Positions 14,440-27,790 of a stretch of 64,000 nt of DNA are shown piece by piece. The number at the start of each line of letters is the position of its first letter. Within the stretch, counting starts at the first letter, position 1. The stretch covers positions 7,316,001 through 7,380,000 of the forward strand of contig CM060734.1 in NCBI GenBank assembly GCA_030704615.1, written 5' to 3'. A program made the position numbers and the translations under genes. Source of the DNA: Takakia lepidozioides (taxonomy: Eukaryota; Plantae; Bryophyta). The notes beneath the pieces are model-generated. The model saw nothing but the letters and a program-made list of their open reading frames with translations. It had not been told where the DNA came from and did no database searches.

Positions 14440-16225
14440 GAACGACCGCCAACTCGGCGGTTGCTTCATTTTCCGGAAAATAAAAAAATAAACGATTGCC
14501 AGAACTGGTGAACGTTCCATTTTCCGGCGAAGAAAAAAAAAAAAAAAAAAAAACGACAGCCAGAACAGGCGGTCGCTCCATTTTCCGGCCAACATAGGCG
14601 GTCGCTTCATTTTCAAAAAATTTAAAATAAATAAGCGACCGCCAACATGGCGGTCGCTTGATTTTCAAAACAATTAAAATAAAAGCGACTGCCAGTCATG
14701 GCGATCGCTCCATTTCCAACAACATATTAGTAAAAGCGACCGCCAGTAGTGGCGGTGGCTGGATTTACAAAAAACAAACAATTGCGGCGACCGCCCGTAA
14801 TGGTGGTCGCTCGATTTTCCTCCAAAATATAGAGAAGCGACCGCCTGTAATGGCGGTCGCTTCATTTTCAAAAACATTTAAACAAAAGCGACCGTTAGTA
14901 ATGGCGGTCGATTCATTTTTATTTTCAAAACAATTAAAATAAATGCGACCGCCACAAATGGCGGTCGCTCCATTTCCAACCAAATTTTTAAAAAAACGAC
15001 CGCCACTAATGGCGGTCGCTGCAATTACAAAAAACAACAATACCGACGACCGCCCCTAATGGCGGTCGCTCCATTTTCCTCCAAGAAACAAAAAAACAAC
15101 CGCCAGTAACGGCGGTCGCTTCATTTTCAAAATAATTAAAATAAAAGCGACCGCCAGTAATGGCGTTCGCTTCATTTCCAAAATAACTAAAATAAAATCG
15201 ACCGCCAGTAATGGTGGTCGCTTCATTTAAAATATGATTAAAATAAAAGCGACTGCCAGTAATGGCGGTCGCCCCAATTAAAAAAATAAAAGCGACCGCT
15301 AGTAATGGCGGTCGTTGCATTTTAAAAAATAACCATTACAGCAACCGCCAGAAATGGCGGTCGCTGCATTTTGTAGAAATAAAAACTGCCAGTAATGGAA
15401 GTGAGGGGAGAATGACTGGGGGCTTATATGCCCCCCCCCCCCATCCCTCGTTCCTCACTCCACGTGCAGGGCAGACCTCGTAGAAGCGACCGCCACCATG
15501 GCGGTCGCTCCATTTAAAAACAAAAAAAAACGACCGCCACAAATGGCGGTTGCTCCATTTCGCCCAAAAAAAAAAAAAACGACCGCCAGTAATGGCGGTC
15601 GCTGCATTTATAAAAACAAAAAAAAACTTCAAGCGACCGGAAGTGAGGGGAGAATGAGCCGGAGCTTATATGCCCCCCTCCCCCCGCCTCATTCCTCGCT
15701 CCATGCGCAGGGCACACTTCGTAGAAGCGACCGCCACCTTGGCGGTCGCTCCATTTTGCTCCAAAAAAAAAAAAAAAAAAAAACGACCGTAACCGCCAGT
15801 AACGGCGGTCGCTTCATTTCCAAAATAATTAAAATAAAAGCGACCGCCAGTAATGGCGGTCGCTTCATTTCCAAAATAATTAAACTAAAAGCGACCACCA
15901 GTAATGGCGGTCGCTTTATTTCCAAAATAATTAAAATAAAAGCGACCGCCATGTATATCCTCCCCCCCCCTCTCATTTCTCGCTCCACGCGCAGGACAAA
16001 CCTCGTAGAAGCGACCGCCACCTTCGCGGTCGCTCCATTTTTTTTTTAAAAACGACCGCCAGTAATGGCAGTTGCCCCATTTCCAAAAATAAAAAAATAA
16101 AGGCGACCGCCAGAAATGGCGGTCGGGGAGAATGACTGGGAGCTTATATGCCCCCCCCTCTCATTCCTCGCTCCACGCGAAGGGCAGACCTCGCAGAAGC
16201 GACCGCCACCTTGGCGGTCGCTCCA
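14440..16225. repeat. GCGACCGCC/GGCGGTCGC hairpin array with a repeated TATA-like module
   Basis: Tens of hairpin units; module (GAAGTGA)GGGGAGAA..GCTTATAT.CCCCCCC..CTCCACG recurs near 14355, 15400, 15640, 15950 (partial) and 16125. Confidence 0.85.
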
Positions 16226-16474
16226 TTTAAATAAAAATGATTGCACAGTTGGAAGCACGGCACAATTGTTCTCCATTCCACAAGCAAATCGCCAATGTTT
16301 CAGCAAGTGACGGTGCCTTTGGCTGACATTTTCGTTAGTATACACATGGGCAACATCTTTTATTTTCCAACAAATACACAACAGCAATACAAATACTCAT
16401 AGTGACAATGATCACATTGGTATTACTTCAGTATAGAAATATAAACATGTCCACTAAAAAGTGCTGATGCATGC

Positions 16475-16775
16475 CTACAACTGTTTTGCTTCAATTCCTT
16501 CTACTGCTTCGACGGCGGGAAAAGAAGGTCCTAATCCTAATGCTCCGATGGGTTGAAAATCCGGGTCACCCTCGACTTCACCACCGTTGTCATGATCAGT
16601 GGTGGAATCGTGCTCCCTATCCGAGCTCATATGTCCAGGCCTTTGAATGTGCAAGCGACCTCGAACCACATTTAGTTCTCTCTGAGGTTGACTCCCACTC
16701 CGGTCTTGAATACCATCCACGGTATCTGGCCTGTTTGTGGGCCGATCGCCTACAAAAGGTTGGACTGTTCTCTAT
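16475..16775 (-). pseudogene. Displaced C-terminal tail of the hAT transposase ORF at 34836-37338
   Basis: Removing 16785-34826 and one TSD copy joins ..PSIASQLHKR to *RTVQPFVGDRPTNRPDTVDGIQDRSG.. in the same frame (one TAG, probably from CAG). Confidence 0.7.
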
Positions 16776-17626
16776 CGTTTATGGGAGGTTAGCTATTTCA
16801 TGAGCATGAGCGGCATGAGCGGAGTAGTAAGACAATCGGTTTTCATGAGCAGAAGTACAAATTCTGCAAATAAAAAACATTAAAAAACATTATTTTAATT
16901 AGATGTGTCAGAAAAAAAACAAAAAAAACAAAAAAAACAATATAATATTCTTTGTTTGAAGTAGAAATTGTAGTTTTGAGAGCCGTGCTCATGATATTTC
17001 GTCTTCCACTCATGCGAATTCCGAGTGACATCTGCAAAAATGGCGCCGAATTTTGCGGTAATAGGTTCCGCGAGCAGAAAAATCGGCGACGTATTGCGCA
17101 GTAATAGGTGTCTCCGGCGAAAAATGGTGCCAAATTTCGCGGTTATAGGTCCCAACTTCATTGAAGTGTAAGCCCAAAATTTGGAAATATGGCGCCGAAT
17201 TTCATGGTGCCGGACATTGCACAAATGTTGGGCAGTTCTGGGCCATGTAACTGGAAATTCGGCGCCATTTTTCCAGACATCGTTTCCAGACAATGTTAGG
17301 ACTTAGCCAGTTTTCGGCCCAAGAAAAGGTAATTCGGCTTCATTTTTCCAGAAATGCCCCCCTCAACTGCAATTGTTGGAACTCAGTTTTCTGGAAGATT
17401 TGCAAATTTTTTCTGCCGCCATCTTTGTATTGATTCTGTTTCGACATTGAATTGCCACTGGACGTCAACGGATATCCAACAGTCCCTAGTGTTTAAAAGA
17501 CATCACTTTAATATTGTCTGTCTCATTTCCAGGAGTTTTGGGGTGCAATTCATTACACTGCAAAACAAAGTCTAATGCATCAAAATGCAATTGCAAATAT
17601 CCATATGGTGGATTCCATTTTCCCCA

Positions 17627-20600
17627 TCAATGATTTCTGGAATCTCGGCCGAGGAGTTTGTGCAGCTCATTCACGCTCAACGCTGGTGCATGAATAAAGT
17701 CATCAATAGTCAACTTCATCCTCAACCTCTTCAGGTAAATGTAATACAGATGCTTGCACGGATAATACTTTGACCCCTTCTTTGCTTCCATCAACGAGAA
17801 GTCCGTACAATTGCAAGTCGGCTCCACTCCAATCGTAATTGTGTATACGTTGTCGCGTACAGCTGAGCCGGCCATTGCCATCCGATAAATACGCCCAAGG
17901 CTGGGTGGGGGTACGTCCACGGATCTTTGAATAGTGCAAGCCATCCAAAGAGCATTGGCATTCCGAGTCTCATTCAACTTGTTGGGATGGTGTCGTCTCT
18001 TCACTCTTCCGAATCGCATTGTGGGATGTGCAGAATTGTCCAATCCGTCTCTACTGGACCGAGCAGTCTGCAATGGCTGGGTCTGAGGAACTGGAAACGA
18101 GTGGGCCGAGACGTCTGTGCGTTGTACCATTTGAAATCCTGCTGCAGAAATAGCATCCGCCTCATTCTGAAAGAGGTTGCAACCCGGTGCAACAGGCCAG
18201 ACGCCCGGAGGCTCCGGCATTCCCTGAATCTCGTACTTGGGCTTGCCAAATACACAGGTCATTATGTCGTGCCTACAGAACCAAAACGTCTGTGTTGTGG
18301 CTTGAGAGAATGTGGGAGTCAAAAATTTGCCGTTGAAACAAGGTGCATGTACAGCACCGTGTGGGTTCCTCTGAATCATCTCACCATAGCGTGCTCTCGT
18401 ATCCACCCGGATGGCGCAGCACTTCCCTCGAAATGCCGGCAATGTCCTTGCAATTCTCCACTGTGACTCCGACACTCTTGTCTCCACAATGGGTATGTTG
18501 TACTACGGTACTACAGATGGCTCGTTATGTTCCTCGGGCACGTGCCCTGTCAAAGGAGATGGCGATCTTGAACGTGCAGGACTTGCGGTGCTCGATGAGA
18601 CCTCCTCGGGCAACATCACGGGACCACGAGGGAGGGTGCGAATATTCTTGTCAGCTCGCCATGAATCCTCTTCTCCGCCAGGTGCCTCGTCAAGTCTTCG
18701 TCTCACTGGATGGGTGTGAACACCTCCTTCCAAGTGTTGGCCTCTTCAAAGCAATGGCGTGTCCCGAAGGCCCTCTCGCAAGGCTGTCGCCTACTTGCAA
18801 GGATTTTTCGATCTGGAGGCAGTCCGCATCAGCATTTCCTGCCTGTCCGGCCCCAAGCCCTATTGTTTCCCTTTCAAGAACTCATTGTACATGCATTGCT
18901 CCATAATTGACCTGACAATGTCTTCTGTTGTGGCAGTGAGGATGTCCACCAGATGCACCGCAGAGGAGGCACGCCAGGAATAATGTACTGATTCGGCCAT
19001 GTTTGTTGTCGGCATGTCGGTGTCGGAGTCCAGACACATTTCCTGCACATGCACATGTTGAGGTTACAAGCAAGTTACAAATAACGAGTAGCATAATATT
19101 CAACGGGACGCAAATTCGTCCAACTCACCTCCCGCATATAGTCGCCGAACTGGAGGAAACGATAATGCCACCATGCTAGCCAACTGACCATTGTTCCCTC
19201 GTCTGATTTCTTTACAGCACCTGACGTTGTCCACCAAGCCCGTATACATGCAAATTGTGTCTCTGCATCATCCAAGGTGGGAGCACGCTTCCACGCAAGA
19301 CACATGGAACGGTGCTCCTATCTGAAATCTGGCGCCACGAGCCGGGTTGTGTATTGCGACAAGCTCTGAAGAAAATGGAACCCACAAGATCTCTCATTGC
19401 CTTCCATTGGAACATTGGGATCTTCCCCATACACCCTTCGGATGGCAGCCCAATTTGCTTGTGCGTTGTCCGCCATGAAACCACGGAAATTGGGAGGGGG
19501 CAATCCCGCCCTGGCCATCTGTTCGTTTATTCCCTGCCAAAGAAGCATCTCCGATTGTGTGTCCTCTCCTTTCATCTCACAAATAGCAATGGTCATTAGC
19601 ATCCTGCAGTGGGTGTCGTAGACATGTGCAGCCATTGTCACCCACTGGTGATTTGTAATTCGCTTGATATGGTCGAACATGACCCAACTGTTTGACAAGT
19701 CCCCACTCGTCATCCGGTCGACCAGTTCGACGCTGCTGCCAGGCCCACACGTAGACATTTTGAATACGAAACAACGATCTGCCTCAGTCCCTTGTCCAGG
19801 AAACCTACTTCCATGAATGTAGTCATATCCACATCGTCGCTTCACCTCCAGAATAGAGTGCATATCCGAGCCACGCCCAATTTTCTGTTTGCAGGAGACA
19901 ATGTGGTTTCGGACATTCGGTGAACAGACGTGGGACACTGACTCCAGCAATGCCTCCATTTCCTTCTCATCGAGAGGAACTCTATCGGAGCCGTCTTCCG
20001 ACATAATTCTGGCCAATGTCATCTTATGGGCGGCCTGCAGCTGTATCTGTTTGGGTTTGGCACCAGGTCTCAACCTAATCTCCTCCTGAACGAGCTGCTT
20101 TGCCTCGTGGGCAGCCTCCCGCGAGTTCCCCCTTGCCAATTTGTGACAATGGGAACCAACGTGTATGCAAGCTCATGTGAGGTTAGGGAAACGGTGCAAC
20201 ACATAGAACTGCTTGGCATTACAAACAAACATGCAATGTGGTGGTTCTTTGCAATGCGCACACTTAAATGTGGAGTTTGGAACCTTCTCCTGAGCTCGAA
20301 ATGGTTGATGAGCTGTGCCTGTCCAATCCTCTCGTTCCTGTGATCTCTGGATTTAAAGTGGAAGCAAGTTGGGGAGAAACACCGCACCGCGCCCGCACAA
20401 ACAACGTAGCGCACCCGCATATCATTGAGCATCTTCATGCTGGTGGTTTTGGTGACGCACCAAGGATGACCATCATGTTTCCTATCCATATCTGTCAACA
20501 TTCCGGACGCCCTCGAATAGTCCGTTCGAGGAGGGAACTCAAAGAACATATTACCGTCGACGTCTGCGGGAAGGCATGTAACGGATTTAATTGCGAACTT

Positions 20601-21230
20601 GCTATAGTCCAGCCCAGCCAGCTCCGAGCGGTGTCCCTCCATGTGAAGCCCTCGCAGAATTTCAAGAATGGATCGAACTGCTGTGTTCGTGCTGGGAATA
20701 TGACTCCTTCGTCCGCTGATGTCCATTGAGGACTTGCCTGATCTCCAAGATGATCTCGGAACTTCCATGACCTCGTCGGAGTCGGACAGGTTGTGAACAA
20801 CCCGGTTCTCGCTCGTCTTCATTGATGGGTTCGGCTCTGGATTTACTTCGTTGCGGACTTCTCTCTTTGAGGTACCCACTCTCCGATTCGCAGATTGTTT
20901 CGTGGAAGGCGCCAGGAGAGAAGGCGCAAGGATAGAAGGCGCATTTGGCGGGCAAATGAAGTCCCCAACAGCCCTGTATATGACGTTGTCCGATGGTGGA
21001 ACTCGCCATTCCCTGCCGTCGCCGAAATCATCGTAGAGCACAACAATACTTTCGACTACAACTCCGTTTGAATCCTTCTTTTCCTCCTCCAAAAATACCG
21101 ACCCCGGTTTCAGGTGGTATCAAACGCAGAGATATTTCTCCATCACCCAGCAGATCTCCCCTCTGCACGGAAATGTAGCTCTATGCTCGTGAGGAGGGCA
21201 GTACACTATAGCGCTCGGGTTTTCTGCCAT
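17627..21230 (-). pseudogene. MULE-type DDE transposase with N-terminal GCM/WRKY-like Zn domain and C-terminal SWIM finger
   Basis: DGHPW..TTS..C.G...C....C then C..C...P.C...C..H.G.H.H (about 20480-20150); catalytic-like MFD, FMADNAQANW, CGFHFLQ, W..WW..R and TTNMAESVH; SWIM CNCTDF..PCKHLYY. One intron at about 19127-19045. Stops at about 21120, 20178, 19320 and 18860 plus a frameshift near 20330. Confidence 0.85.
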
Positions 21231-21618
21231 GGGAGTTGTGCACACAAGACTGCCAGAGGCGTTCGGACAAGCGCCCTGGGAGAAGGGGGGAGGCAGCGAG
21301 GGGAAGCAATGCAAGGCCGATTTTTGGAAGCGATGAAGCCTATTCACGAATCCGGGGAGCCCACTCTCCCGAAAATCCACTGTCAGAGAGTTAATGAACC
21401 TTGTCTGCGGAATGCGGCCCCTGGCCTTTGCGCAATAACTGCCAACGGTATGCAGTCAGAAGGTATATGACCTGTGCAGATGCGCTGGGCAAACCAATCA
21501 TTACGACGTCTGACAAAAAGCGTGGGGGGGCGAGCGTGCAAGCACCATCCCCATGGACTGAGGGAACTGACAGAGGTGGCATTCCAGTGGGTCTGATTAC
21601 AAGATTGAGTGCCAGAAC

Positions 21619-24600
21619 CGGCGCCGAATTTCCATCCGAGGCCCGTTGGATGAAGTCGTCTTGGGGGGAGAGGCCGACACCTGGCCCACATGAAACATCC
21701 CCTGGATGGGAATTCGGCGCCGAATTTCCATCCGAGGCCCGTTGGATGAAGTCGTCTCGGGGGGAGAGGCCGACACCTGGCCCACAGAGAACATCCCCCG
21801 GAAGGAAATTCGGCGCCGAATTTCCATCCGAGGCCCGTTGGATGAAGTCGTCTCGGGGGGAGAGGCCGACACCTGGCCGACTGAGATCATCCCCCGGATG
21901 GAAATTCGGCGCCGTTTTTCCATCCAACCCGGCCGGATGAAGTCGAATCGGGGGGAGAGGCCGACACCTGGCCGACAGAGAACATCCCCCGGATTGACAT
22001 TCGGCGCCAAATTTCCATCCGAGGCCCGTTGGATGAAGTCGTCTCAGGGGAAGAGGCCGACACCTCGCCCACTGAGATCATCCCCCGGATGGAAATTCGG
22101 CCGAATTTCCATCTGAGGCCCGTTGGATGAAGTCGTCTAGGGGGGAGAGGCCGACACTTAGCCGACTGAGATCATCCCCCGGATGGAAATTCGGCGACGT
22201 TTTTCCATCCGACCTGGCCGGATGAAGTCGTCTCGGGGGGAGAGGCCGACACTTGGCCGACAAAGAACATCCCCCGGATGGAAATTCGGCACCGAATTTC
22301 CATCCGAGGCCCGTTGGATGAACTTGTCTCGGGGGGAGCGGCCGATACTTGGCCGACTGAGATCATCCCCCGGATGGAAATTCGGCGCCGTTTTTCCATA
22401 CTACCCGGCCGGAAGAAGTCGTCTCGGGGGGAGAGGCCGACACATGGCCGCCAGAGAATATCCTTCGGATGGAAAAACGGCGCTGAATTTCCAGCCGAGG
22501 CCCGTTGGATGAAGTCGTCTCGGGGGGAGAGGCCGACACCTGGCCGACAGAGATCATCCCCCAGATGGAAATTCGGCGCCGTTTTTCCATCCGACCCGGC
22601 CGGATGAAGTCGACTCGGGGGGAGAGGCCAACACCTGGCCGACAGAGAACATCCCCCGGATTGAAATTCGGCGCCAAATTTCCATCCGAGGCCCGTTGGA
22701 TGAAGTCGTCTCGGGGGAAGAGGCCGACACCTCGCCCACTGAGATCATCCCCCGGATGGAAATTCGGCGCCGAATTTCCATCTGAGGCCCGTTGGATGAA
22801 GTCGTCTCGGAGGTAGAGGCCGACACTTAGCCGACTGAGATCATCCCCCGGATGGAAATTCGGCGCTTTTTTTCCATCCGACCCGGCCGGATGAAGTCGT
22901 CTCGGGGGGAGAGGCCGACACTTGGCCGACAAAGAACATCCCCCGGATGGAAATTCGGCGCCGAATTTCCATCCAAGGCCCGTTGGATGAACTTGTCTCG
23001 GGGGGAGCGGCCGACACTTGGCCGACTGAGATCATCCCCCGGATGGAAATTCGGCGCCGTTTTTCCATACTACCCAGCCGGATGAAGTCGTCTCGGGTGG
23101 AGAGGCCGACACCTGGCCGACAGAGAACATCCCCCGGATGGAAATTCGGCACCAAATTTCCATCCGAGGCTCGATGGATGAAGTCGTCTCGGGGGGAGAG
23201 GCCGACACATGGCCGCTAGAGAATATCCTCTGGATGGAAAAACGGCGCCGAATTTCCAGCCGAGGCCTGTTGGATGAAGTCGTATCGGGGGGAGAGGCCG
23301 ACACCTAGCCGACTGAGATCATCCCCCGGATGGAAATTCGGCGCCGTTTTTCCATCCGACCCGGCCGTATGAAGTCACCTCGGGGGGAGAGGCCGACACC
23401 TGGCCGACAGAGAACATCCCCCGGATTGAAATTCGGCGCCAAATTTCCATCCGAGGCCCGTTGCATGAAGTCGTCTCGGGGGGAGAGGCCGACACCTGGC
23501 CAACTGAGATCATCCCTCGGATGGAAATTCGGCGCCGAATTTCCATCTGAGGCCTGTTGGATGAAGTCGTATCGGGGGGTGAGAATGACACCTGGCCGAC
23601 TGAGATCATCCCCCGGATGGAAATTCGGCGCCGTTTTTCCATCCGACCCGGCCGGATGAAGTCGTCTCAGGGGGAGAGGCCGACACCTGGCCGACAGAGA
23701 ACATCCCCCGGATTGCAATTTGGCGCCAAATTTCCATCCGAGCCCCGTTGGATGAAGTCGTCACGGGGGGAGAGGCCAACACCTGGCCCACAGAGAATAT
23801 CCCCCGGATGGAAATTTGGCGCCGAATTCCCATCCGAGGCCCGTTGGATGAAGTCGTCTCGGGGGGAAAGGCCGACACCTCGCCCACAGAGAACAACCCC
23901 CGGATGGAAATTCGGCGCCTTGGATGAAGTCGTCTCGGGGGGAGAGGCCGACACCTTGCCCACTGAGATCATCCCCCGAATAGAAATTCGGCGCCATTTT
24001 TCCATCCGACTCGGCCGGATGAAGTCGACTCGGGGGGAGAGGCCGACACCTGGCCGACAGAGAACATCCCCCGGATTGAAATTCGGCGCCAAATTTCCAT
24101 CCGAGGCCCGTTGGCTGAAGTCGTCTCGGGGGAAGAGGCCGACACCTCGCCCACTGAGATCATCCCCCGGATGGAAATTCGGCGCCGAATTTCCATCCGA
24201 GGCCCGTTGGATGAAGTCGTCTCGGGGGGAGTGGCCGACACTTAGCCGACTGAGATCATCCCCCGGATGGAAATTCGGCACCGTTTTTCCATCCGACCCG
24301 GCCGGATGAAGTCGTCTCAGGGGGAGAGGCCGACACCTGGCCGACAGAGAACATCCCCCGGATTGCAATTTGGCACCAAATTTCCATCCGAGGCCCGTTC
24401 GATGAAGTCGTCTCGAGAGGAGAGGCCGACACCTGGCCCACAGAGAATATTACCCGGATGGAAATTCGGCGCCGAATTTCCATCCGAGGCCCGTTGGATG
24501 AAGTCGTCTCGGGGGCAGCGGCCGACACTTGGCCGACTGAGATCAACCCCTGGATGGAAATTCGGCGTCAATTTTCCATCCGACCCGGCCGGATGAAGTC

Positions 24601-27050
24601 GTCTCGGGGGGAGAGGCCGACACCTGGCCGACAGCGAACATCCAGCGAATGGAAATTCGGCGCTGAATTTCCATCCGAGGCTCGTTGGATGAAGTCGTCT
24701 CGGGGGGAGAGGCCGACACATGGCCGCCAGAGAATATCCCCCGGATGGAAAAACGGCGCCGAATTTCCATCCGAGGCCCGTTGGATGAAGTCGTCTCGGG
24801 GGGAGCAGCCGAACCCCTGGATGGAAATTCGGCGTCGTTTTTCCATCCGACCCGGCCGGATGAAGTCGTCTCGGGGGGAGAGGCCGACACCTGGCCGACA
24901 GCGAACATCCCCCGAATGGAAATTCGGCGCCGATTTTCCATCCGAGACTCGTTGGATGAAGTCGTCTCGGGGGGAGAGGCCGACACATCGCCGCCAGAGA
25001 ATATCCCCCGGATGGAAAAACGGCGCCAAATTTCCATCCGAGGCCCGTTGGATGAAGTCATCTCGGGGGGAGAGGCCGACACCTGGCCGACTCAGTTCAT
25101 CCTCCGGATGGAAATCCGTTTTTCCATCCGACCCGGCCGGATGAAGTCGACTCGGGGGGAGAGGCCGACACCTGGCCGACAGAGAACATCCCCCAGATGG
25201 AAATTCGGCGCCGAATTTCCATCCTAGGCCCATTGGATGAAGTCGTCTCGGGGGGAGAGGCTGACACCTGGCCGACAGAGAACATCCCCGGATGGAAATT
25301 CGGCGCCGAATTTCCATCCGAGGCCCGTTGGATGAAGTCGTCTCGAGGGGAGAGGCCGACACCTGGCCGACAGAGAACATCCCCCGGATGGAAATTCGGC
25401 GCCGAATTTCCATCCGAGGCCCGTTGGATGAAGTCGTCTCGGCGGGAGAGGCCAACACCTGGCCGACTGAGATTATCCCCCGGATGGAAATTCGGCGCCG
25501 TTTTTCCATCCGACCCGGCCGGATGAAGTCGTCTCGGGGGGGAGAGGCCGACACCTGGCCGACAGAGAACATCCCCCGGATTGAAATTCGGCTTTGAATT
25601 TCCATCCGAGGCCCGTTGGATGAAGTCGTCTTGGGGCAGAGGCCGACACCTGGCCGACAGAGAACATCCTCCGGACGGAAATTCGGCGCCGAATTTCCAT
25701 CCGAGGCCCGTCGGATGAAGTCGTCTCGGGGGGAGAGGCCGACACCTAGCCGACAGAGAATATCCTCCGGATGGAAATTCGGCGTCGAATTTCCATCCGA
25801 GGCCCGTTGGATGAAGTCGTCTCGGGGGGAGAGGCCGACACCTGGCTGACTGAGATCATCCCCCGGATGGACATTCGGCGCCGTTTTTCCATCCGACCCG
25901 GCCGGATGAAGTCGTCTCGGGGGGAGAGGCCGACACCTGGCCGACAGAGAACATCCCCCGGATGAAAATTCGACACCAAATTTCCATCCGAGGCTCGATG
26001 GATGAAGTCGTCTCGGGGGGAGAGGCCGACACATGGCCGCCAGAGAATATCCCCCGGATGGAAAAACGGCGCCGAATTTCCAGCCGAGGCCCGTTGGATG
26101 AAGTCGTCTCGGGGGAGAGGCCGACACCGGGCCGAATGAGATCATCCCCCGGATGGAAATTCGGCGCCGTTTTTCCAACCGACCCGGCAGGATGAAGTCG
26201 TCTCGGGGGGAGAGGCCGACACCTGGCCGACTGAGAACATCCCCCGGATTGAAATTCGGCGCCAAATTTCCATCCGAGGCCCGTTGGATGAAGTCGTCTC
26301 GGGGGGAGAGGCCGACACCTGGCGGACAGAGAACATCCCCCGGATGGAAATTCGGCGCCAAATTTCCATCCGAGGCTCGATGGATGAAGTCGTCTCGGGG
26401 GGAGAGGCGGACACATGGCCGCCAGAGAATATCCTCCGGATGGAAAAACGGCGCCGAATTTCCAGCCGAGGCCCGTTGGATGAAGTCGTCTCGGGGGGAG
26501 AGGCCGACACCTGGCCGACTGAGATCATCCCCCGGATGGAAATTTGGCGCCGTTTTTCCATCCGACCCGGCCGGATGAAGTCGTCTCAGGGGGAGAGGCC
26601 GACACCTGGCCGACAGAGAACATCCCCCGGATTGCAATTTGGCGCCAAATTTCCATCTGAGGCCCGTTCGATGAAGTCGTCTCGGGGGGAGAGGCCGACA
26701 CCTGGCCGACTGAGATCATCCCCCGGATGGAAATCCATTTTTCCATCCGACCCGGCCGGATGTAGTCGACTCGGGGGGAGAGGCCGACACCTGGCCGATA
26801 GAGAACATCCCCCGGATGGAAATTCGGCGCCGAATTTCCATCCTAGGCCCGTTGGATGAAGTCGTCTCGGGGGGAGAGGCCGACACCTGGCCGACAGAGA
26901 ACATCCCCCGGATGGAAATTCGGCGCCGAATTTCCATCCGAGGCCCGTTGGATGAAGTCGTCTCGGGGGGAGAGGCCGACACCTGGCCGACAGAGAACAT
27001 CCCCGGATGGAAATTTGGTGCCGAATTTGCATCCGAGGCCCGTTGAATGA
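21619..27050. repeat. Tandem array of about 56 units of 95-96 bp, each with a 30-bp palindrome
   Basis: Unit GGATGGAAATTCGGCGCCGAATTTCCATCC-GAGGCCCGTTGGATGAAGTCGTCTCGGGGGGAGAGGCCGACACCTGGCCGACAGAGAACATCCCCC; a 95-bp variant (..CGTTTTTCCATCCGACCCGGCCGGATG..) is interspersed. Confidence 0.97.
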
Positions 27051-27189
27051 AGCCCGTATCGGCACTTCTTCAACAATTTTTAGTCGTTGCATCAAGTTTT
27101 TCGCGTTTTTTTGTCTGGTTACACACTAAACTTGGAGTTTTTTTGCCTACAGGCCACATTTGGCACGTTATTCCCACCATTCGGGTCCG

Positions 27190-27790
27190 CTAAAGACAAA
27201 TTCGTTGCCGGTTTTCCATCGATGAGGTGGACTGAATTACCTGCAGGATGGAAATTCGGCGCCGGTTTCCCATCCGGCTTCTCTCCGTGTTACCTGTGGG
27301 ATGGAAATTCGGCGCCGGATTTCCATCCGGCCGCGCTCCGAATTACCTCTGGGATGGAAATTCGGCGCCGGATTTGCATCCGGCCACGCTCCGAATTACC
27401 TACAGGATGGAAATTCGGTGCCGTTTTTCCATCCGGCCGCGCTCCGAATTACCTGGCGGATGGAAATTTGGCGCCGGATTTCCATCCGGCCGCGCTCCGA
27501 ATTACTTGGTGGATGGAAATTCGGCGCCGTTTTTCCATCCAGCCGCGCTCCAAATTGACTGGCGGATGGAAATTCGGCGCTGGATTTCCATTCGGCCGCG
27601 CTCCGAATTACCTCTGGGATGGAAATTCGGCACCGGATTTGGCCGCACTCCGAATTACCTGCAAGATGGAAATGCGGTGCCGGTTTTCCATCCGGCGTCT
27701 CCTGGATGAGAACGGCTCGGGCGGAGGGATGGCCTCGTTGCGTCATTCTTCATCCGCTGGATGGAAATTCGGCGCCGATTTTTTCCATCC
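27190..27790. repeat. 53-bp tandem array with the same palindromic core
   Basis: GGATGGAAATT starts recur at 27246, 27299, 27352, 27405, 27458, 27511, 27564 and 27617; spacer GGCCGCGCTCCGAATTACCT differs from the 96-bp array. Confidence 0.92.

Noticed and set aside
14303-16387. KRPP/ATA-rich ORFs, also at 37.8-39.0 kb
   Set aside because: Translations of GCGACCGCC hairpin repeats.
21619-27050. CRISPR array
   Set aside because: Palindromic repeats are separated by near-identical linkers rather than unique spacers; no cas genes; eukaryotic context.
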